A stretch of 64,000 nucleotides of DNA. Origin: Caecitellus pseudoparvulus. Its lineage: Eukaryota; Protista; Bigyra: Bicosoecida. The notes below the pieces were generated by a model that was not told the origin of the DNA, made no database searches, and saw only the letters and a list, made by a program, of their open reading frames with translations. The stretch spans positions 186,001 to 250,000 of the forward strand of contig CBFFRQ010000069.1 of the NCBI GenBank assembly GCA_965644315.1, written 5' to 3'. A program made the position numbers and the translations under genes. Positions 57,772 to 64,000 of the stretch are shown here, one piece after another (position 1 is the first letter of the stretch; the number at the start of each line of letters is the position of its first letter).

Positions 57772-59923
57772 ATGGCCAGTGTTCATGTGCCCCGGCGGCC
57801 AGCCGGATCAGGCGGCGGCGGCCCGCGGCCTGGCCCGCCAGTTGGAGCCCGCCGGACCCATTCCCCCATCCGCTCCCGCGGCAGCAGCAGCGCCAGGACG
57901 GGCACTCGCAGCGCACGCAAGGACAGCACACAGGAGGAAATCGAGTACATGGCGAAGCAGTCAGAGCTCTTCACTCGCCGCATTGAAGTGGAGCGCAGGC
58001 GCGCAGCAGAACTCGACAAGAAGCTCAAGGTGAGTCGAGTCGCCCGCGACCCTCCCGTTTTGGTGGCGTTTCTTGCGCCAGCGCCACGCAGCGGACGGAG
58101 CGCCGCTGGCCCTGGCACTCGGTCCGGGTGCATGTGGTGTGTGGTTGCAAGCTTCTCACCAGCGCACCCTGCGCCATCGCTGGTTCCCGCAGATTTCGCG
58201 CGTGAAGCTGGAGGAGTCCCGACGTGCAATCGCTGGCCAAGACGACGTCGTGGACGCCCGGCACCGCAAGCACAAGTTCAAGACGGTGCAGAACAAGGTG
58301 GACCACATGTTGAAACGCCTGAATGAGCAGGTGCGTTGTGCAGAAGGTGGTGGGGCGCCCTTCTTTCGTCGCGGCACGCCCAACGCGCCTGCCCTGCACA
58401 GCGTGCCAAGAATGAGGGCCTGAAGCGCAAGATCGAAGCGCTGCGGCGGGATAAGATGCACATGAACGAAGTGGCGCAGAAGTTGGTGCGTGCCGCGCTC
58501 TTGGCGCAGCCAGGCCTGCCGCGCGCCACCACGCCGCCACTGCCTCTGCTGCGCTCAGCGAGCGGAAATCGACAGCCAACTCATGGAGGAGGCCGATGAC
58601 AAGAAGGAGCTGCGCAAGTGTGCCGAGCGCAGGGACGCTGCCGAGCGCGAGATCAAGCTGTTGCAGAGCACTATCACGACAGAGCTGGCGGCCTTTGAGC
58701 AGGAGTTCAAGGCTCGCGTGGAGGAGGGCACAGCGGTGCCCACACGGTCGTTGGCCGAGATCCAGCAGGACGCCGCTGCAGCGTCATCTCCCACGGCGCG
58801 CTTCGGCTCACCCCGTGAGGGAGAGGAGGGCGCCATGTCCTTCGATCAGGAGCTTGAGCTGAGGCACCGCTCCACGCGGTCGTTCTGGGACATCGCCCGG
58901 CGTGAGGTGGAGCTGGCGCAGCAGGGCCGGGAGTTGCAGCGCTTTGAGGATGCCTTCGCGCAGATCCAGGAGGAGACTGGCATCCGCACCATCGACGAGA
59001 TGGTGACGGAGTTCGTGTCCAGCGAGGACCAGAACTTCTCCCTCATCACCATGATCAACGAGCTGAACCAGGAGATCGAAGCGATGGAGGTGGAGAACGC
59101 CGAGCTGAAAGCCAAGGTGAAGGCAAAGCAGGAAGGCACGGGGCAGCAGGAGGGCAAGCGCCAAGGCCTGTACTCGGAGCTGCAGGCGTCTGTGGAGGTG
59201 AACCAGGACAAAGCCACGCAGTACGACCGGCAGCAAGAGATGTGCCTGCGGTACATCGACGTCATGAAGCCGGGCATTCACTCCCTGTTCCAGAAGGTGT
59301 CTGCGGGGGACGACGCCATGGTGGAGAGCTTGAACTCCACTGGCGTGTCAGATGGCAACATCATGGAGTTCCTGGGCTTCATCGAGCAGCGCGTCACGCA
59401 GATCTGCCAGCTGTATGAGATGTCACTGCGGGGAGAGTCCCTGCCCATCGGGGAGGGTGGCGCCATCGGTGACTCCGACTCCCCTTCCAAGCACCACCCG
59501 GCAACCGCCCGAGGCGGGGCCCTGTCCACTGCCGCCTTGGCGGCCCCTGTGCAAAGCAGGGTGGGGGGCTCCGGTGCCCCGCGGCGCACTAACGCCACTG
59601 GCGTCCTCATCGCGCCCGTCGTGCCCACGACGCTGGGGGCAGGGGACGACGACGACGCTCTCAGCGTGGGGGGGGGTGTGCGTGGCGACAGCAGCGTGGA
59701 GGTGCCATACTACCCCGGGGGCTCCTCGGACGTCGGCAGTGGCTCCTCCTTCATCACCGAGTCCACTGCCGCAGTGTACCGGCGGGCTGGCCTGCCTATG
59801 CCTGTGAGTGTGCAGGGGCTGGAGGCGCAGATGTCGGGGGGTGTCCTGAGCAAGTCTGGCACCGTGTCCGGCACCATGTCTGCGTCGGCGTCTCGCTCCC
59901 TCATCTCCTCCTCCCACAAGTAG
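57772..59923 (+). CDS. ODAD1: Outer dynein arm docking complex subunit DC2 (ODA1/CCDC114/CCDC63 family)
   Basis: Coiled coil; FTRRIEVERRR, FEDAFAQIQEETG, FVSSEDQNFSL...NELNQEIE, GVSDGNIMEFLGFIEQR; three introns. Confidence 0.85.
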
Positions 59924-59955
59924 GCGCCGGCGCCGGGCAGAGCGCCCTGCTGCTC

Positions 59956-59970
59956 TGCATTGAATGCATT
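59956..59970. terminator. Candidate bidirectional 3'-end signal (TGCATTgAATGCATT) between convergent ODAD1 and SLC12
   Basis: Palindromic AATGCATT gives AATGCA on both strands. The same hexamer follows most stop codons in the window. Confidence 0.45.
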
Positions 59971-60000
59971 GACCCTGTTCGCAGGCGGAGCCTGCCGCGC

Positions 60001-63000
60001 TTACGACGACAGCGTGATGACAGGCGCCCCCGACCCTCGCACGAGGATGACTGTGCCCAGCTTGGCAGACAGCACCTCCATGTACGTGGAGAGCAGGGCA
60101 GGGGGGTAGTGCGACTTGGGCAGAGGCATGACGATGAAGGTGACGGTGGCAGAGGCTGACGTGTCCCGCACCAGCTCTGCGCAGCGCAAGATGTGCTTGG
60201 CCTCCTGCACCAGACTGCGGCGCACGTCCTTGTCCATGTCCTCTGGGCACCTCGCCCATGACTCCACCGAGGGCGGAGTGGGCGGAGGCGCGGCACTTTC
60301 TGCCGCAGGGGCAGAGGCAGTCTCCTCCCGCGCCAGTGCCTCCAGAGCCTCGGGGCGGATGTTGGGCGGCAGGGCCTCCCCGGCAGCTGCACCGGGCACC
60401 TGCACCCCCTGGAAGTCATCCGGGAGCAGGCCTGGGTACAGGGCGTTGAAGGCGTCAATGGTGTCCTGCCGCACGGCAGCGTAGTCCATCTTGAAGCTGT
60501 GGCTGTGTCCCTGCAGGCGCAGCTTGTTCATGAGCACGGCCAGGCGCTGCGTGCGGCTCTGCGCCTTCAACGTGGCATCTTGGTCATCCTCGTCGGGGGA
60601 GCCTGTCGTGAACACGCGCAGTGTGTGGCTGCTGAACTGCGGGTGCTGGGTGAGGATGTGCGGCAGCAGCACAGCCAGGCCGCCTTCGTCTGCCAGCCAC
60701 CAGACGTCCACGGTGGGGGGGGTGTCCCCTGCGGGTGGGGACACGATCTCCACCGTGCCGTTGGGGGCGACGCGGGCAGCGGCCTGGCCCCCCGTCACAC
60801 TCTGCACAGGAACAATGCCATCGTTCATGGAGCAGGCCGGGTCGCGCAGGACGACCGTGCCCATGCCGGCGTTGAGGGCGTCTCCCAGCAGCTGCTCGAA
60901 GTCCGTGATGCGGCTGAGCAACACGCCATCCAGGTCAGACGTGTTCAAGGCTGTGCGGTCGGTCTGGGTGCTGGTGGGGCGCAGGAACCAGCCCTCGGGG
61001 TACGAGTGCACGAGGGTGTTGGCGCGCAGCGTGCCGACGCCGCCCAGCTGCAGCAGCAACTGCGAGCCACGGCGCAGGGTGGGCGCCACGAGCACCTCCG
61101 CCATGAGGCCTTGGCGCTGGGAGTCAGAGAGGGCCAGGGCGGCCAGCCCCGACGATCCCACGTACTGCCGGCCGTGGACGCCGTAATACCCAGAACTGGC
61201 CCGGCGGGTGAGCGGCGCCTCCTCGTCGCCGGTGGGGCCAGTGCCGTCTGTCGCCACGCCGACGTTCTTGTCCAGGACGATAGCTCGGTCCAGCATCTTC
61301 TGGTTGCGGCGGCGCTGGGCGTTGGCAAAGGCCACGAAGCGCTCCTCGTCCACGGGCACGGCGGCCTCCAGCAGGACCTGGCCGATGACGGAAATGCCGC
61401 GGCCCTTGTACAGCTTGGCGATGAACATGATGAGGTTCTTGCCCTGGTCGGAGCGGGGGTCGTCGGTCAGGACCAGGTAGGAGGGCCGGTAAGTCTTGAC
61501 GTGCCCGCGCCCCTCCACGTCTGTGCGCACCTGCCGCAGCTTGTACAGCGCCTTGACAGCGTTCAGGTAACGTGCTGCGTCGCCCGCTGGGCCCCAGTGC
61601 TTGGGGGGGTCTGTGTACTCCAGGTACTTGTACAGGGCAATGCAGATGACAACGGAGACAAGGGCGTTGATCCAGTCAAAGGCAAACATGACGATGACGC
61701 AGAGCACCGCCCCAATCGCTGAGACGTACTTGTTGTAGTAGATGAAGGAGGGCCTCCAGCCAGGCGTCTCAGACATGCTGGCTGCGAAGACGGCGTAGTT
61801 GGTGAGGGCGTAGGAGATCATGAAGAAGTTGGAGATGAGGGGTGCGATGGCGTCCAGGCGCCCGATGAGGACACAGCCGCAGGCGACGACGAAGGTGAGG
61901 AAGTACCCCCGCTTGGGCTCCACGGACTCCCCGGACTCCTCTTCCATCGCAGCGACGTTGTCCCTGTCCTCTGCCAAGGCGGCAGCCCCTGTCGTGCCTG
62001 CCACGGCAACGGTGTCCACGAGGAGGGGGTGGGCTCCAGGCCCCTGTTCAGAGGCGCCTGCAGCTCCCCCGCTGGGTGTTGCCGCAGGCGGCCGGGCACT
62101 CTTGGAATCCTCTTCCTTGCTCTCCTCCTCGTCGTCCAGCTGGGCGAACCAGTTCAGGAGCCAGAAGTTGTACAGCTTGTCCTTGGCCAGGGCCTGTAGG
62201 ATGCGGGGGGCCCCCACCAAGGAGGCGAGCGCGGAAGACAGGGTCGCGGCAAAGACGCCGGCAAAGAGCAGAGGTTCCCACACAGCCATGTCCTTCATGA
62301 TCAGGCGGTTGTACACGAGGCCACCAGAGGGAGCAGACACCCCCCCCACCTCGTCGTTCACAGCCCGCACCCAGTCACCGGTGTTGTACGCGTACGTCAC
62401 GTTGACGCCGTTCACCACCGCAGACACTCCGTCACACACGTCGCCTTCGCACCGCACAGCTGCCGAGCCCACCACCCACAGTAGAGCGATGTACGTGATG
62501 AAGGTGACGACGATGCCCCACAGGGTGCCCTTGGGGATGGCCACGCTGGGGCGGGCTAAGTCCCCGCTCATGTTGGCGCCGGCCATGATGCCGGTGACAG
62601 CGGGGAAGAAGATGGCGAAGACGGAGAAGAAGGTATGCATCTCCCCTGTCTCCAGGTCCAGAGTGTACTTGGGCTCCAGCACGTCCGAGACACTGGCGGT
62701 GCCCACCCCGTAGAAGCCGGCTGCGTTGTTGGAAGCCTCGCTGGGCACAGTCGGGAGGAAGGCGCCGATGAAGACGGCCAGCATGGCGATGATGAGGATG
62801 ACCAGCAGCAGGATCTGCACTTTCGCGTACCACCCCACGCCGATGAGGGCGATGATGAGCAGGAAGACGTTGGTGCAGATGCCGATGATGCGCAGGTCGT
62901 TGATGGGGTCGCCCGTGAAGCTGCCGGAGCCGTCCGGCGACACGTAGATGCCCACCACCGACTCGGCGAAGCCGATGACGTACAGGCTCACCGCGACCGA

Positions 63001-63934
63001 CTGTGCGACGTAGAAGAGCACACCCAGTGCGCCGCCGAACTGCGGGCCCAGGGCGCGGGAGATGAGGTAGTACGCGCCTCCGCCCTTCACTTCGCCGTTG
63101 GTGGCGATGGCGCAGAGGGAGAGGGCAGTGATGGTCGTGACGACGTTGGCCAGGACGATGATGAGGGTCCCCATGCCCAGGCCGGCTTGGCCTGCCACCC
63201 AGCCCAGGCGCAAGAACATGATGACGCCCCTGTGCCGAGGGAAGAAGGCGCGCGCGGTGTCCAGCGAAGGTGGGCGAGGGGCAAACTCGGAAGCGGCAGC
63301 CTGGCGCAGGAGCCCCAGGGCGAGAGCGGGGAGGCCTGCGGCCGTCATGCACGCACCAGATGTTCAGCAAGACGGGCACCATGACGCCTTCGAACCAGCC
63401 CAGCTTGGTGGCGGCCGGAGCGGCGGCCTTGGCCTCTCCCTGTGAAGGGCAGAAAGGAAGGTAAACACGGCGTCACAGACAGCGGCGACCCCAAGCGTGG
63501 CGCCACTGGCAAGGGAGAGGAGTCCAAACACAGGGAGGCACAGCAAGGGCTGTGACGGAATTGCTAGCCTTTGGCGATGCGTGGGCCGAGCAAGACCACA
63601 AGCAGTCCGGCAACCCGCGGGAGTTGAGCAAGGAAACGCTACGCCAACGCCCGCGCAACCGCACATCAGGCGCCACGCAACAGCCCACACGCGCAGGGCC
63701 ACGAGTCAGCACTTACACCGCCGCTGGCTGTTCCTTGAGGGGCTTCCTTTGCTGCCCTCTGAGCTGCCTGCCCTCCCAATGCCTGCAGCCGGGGGAGCGC
63801 CGAGACCGGTTGTGATGGGCTGCAGGCGATGCCTGCTCTGCGGCACTTACGCCGGACGCGAAGGCAGCGACGTCCAGGTTCGCCCGCCCACCGCCTTGGC
63901 GGTAGGTGGATGTACCTGGCTGAGCTGCGTCCAT
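60001..63934 (-). CDS. SLC12 cation-chloride cotransporter, NKCC/NCC-like
   Basis: KLGWFEGV..LLNIW|GVIMFLRL, AIATNG..GGGAYYLISRALG, FFPAVTGIMAGANMSGDL, ATLSSALAS, HVKTYRP, DVWWLADEGGL, LVRG; three 5' introns. Confidence 0.95.
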
Positions 63935-64000
63935 GACTTGCACGACACCAACGCTGAGCGAGCGCGCAGTTGAGTGCCTATCACCTTGACCTGGCACTGG

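Overview
This is gene-dense, GC-rich (roughly 65% by eye) nuclear DNA from a unicellular eukaryote. It has short GT-AG introns (mostly 60-130 nt), the standard genetic code and about 30 protein-coding genes. Centrin and an outer-dynein-arm docking subunit point to a flagellate, Arp2/3 is compatible with phagotrophy, and I see no plastid-targeted gene. A heterotrophic stramenopile-like protist is a plausible guess only. Genes in order: domain I of a voltage-gated Ca/Na channel (runs off the left edge), calpain-7, V-ATPase D, two tandem Cys-rich 4-TM proteins, GPC1, a CPTP/ACD11-type lipid transfer protein, an ankyrin protein, an orphan ORF, a myosin-TH1/AGC kinase fusion, a Zn-finger/ankyrin protein, SLC38A9, NOPCHAP1-like, MLH3, PP2A-B55, centrin, an ABHD hydrolase, OST3/6, GST, proteobacterial-type HemB, cytochrome c peroxidase, ARPC4, ABCC, TFIIH p62, a beta-propeller membrane protein, OSCA/TMEM63-like, an Asp/Asn hydroxylase-family protein, a histidine phosphatase, ODA-DC2 and an NKCC-type SLC12. 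I found no RNA genes, transposons or CRISPR arrays. The strongest unexplained signal is a strand-specific hexamer, AATGCA, lying just downstream of the stop codon in 18 of 29 genes by hand count. It is a candidate lineage-specific 3'-end/polyadenylation signal, in a genome where convergent genes abut or overlap. Other notable items are a new-looking repeat and an atypical filter in the channel, patchwork homogenisation of the tandem 4-TM genes, and the TH1-AGC kinase. All exon boundaries were inferred by eye.
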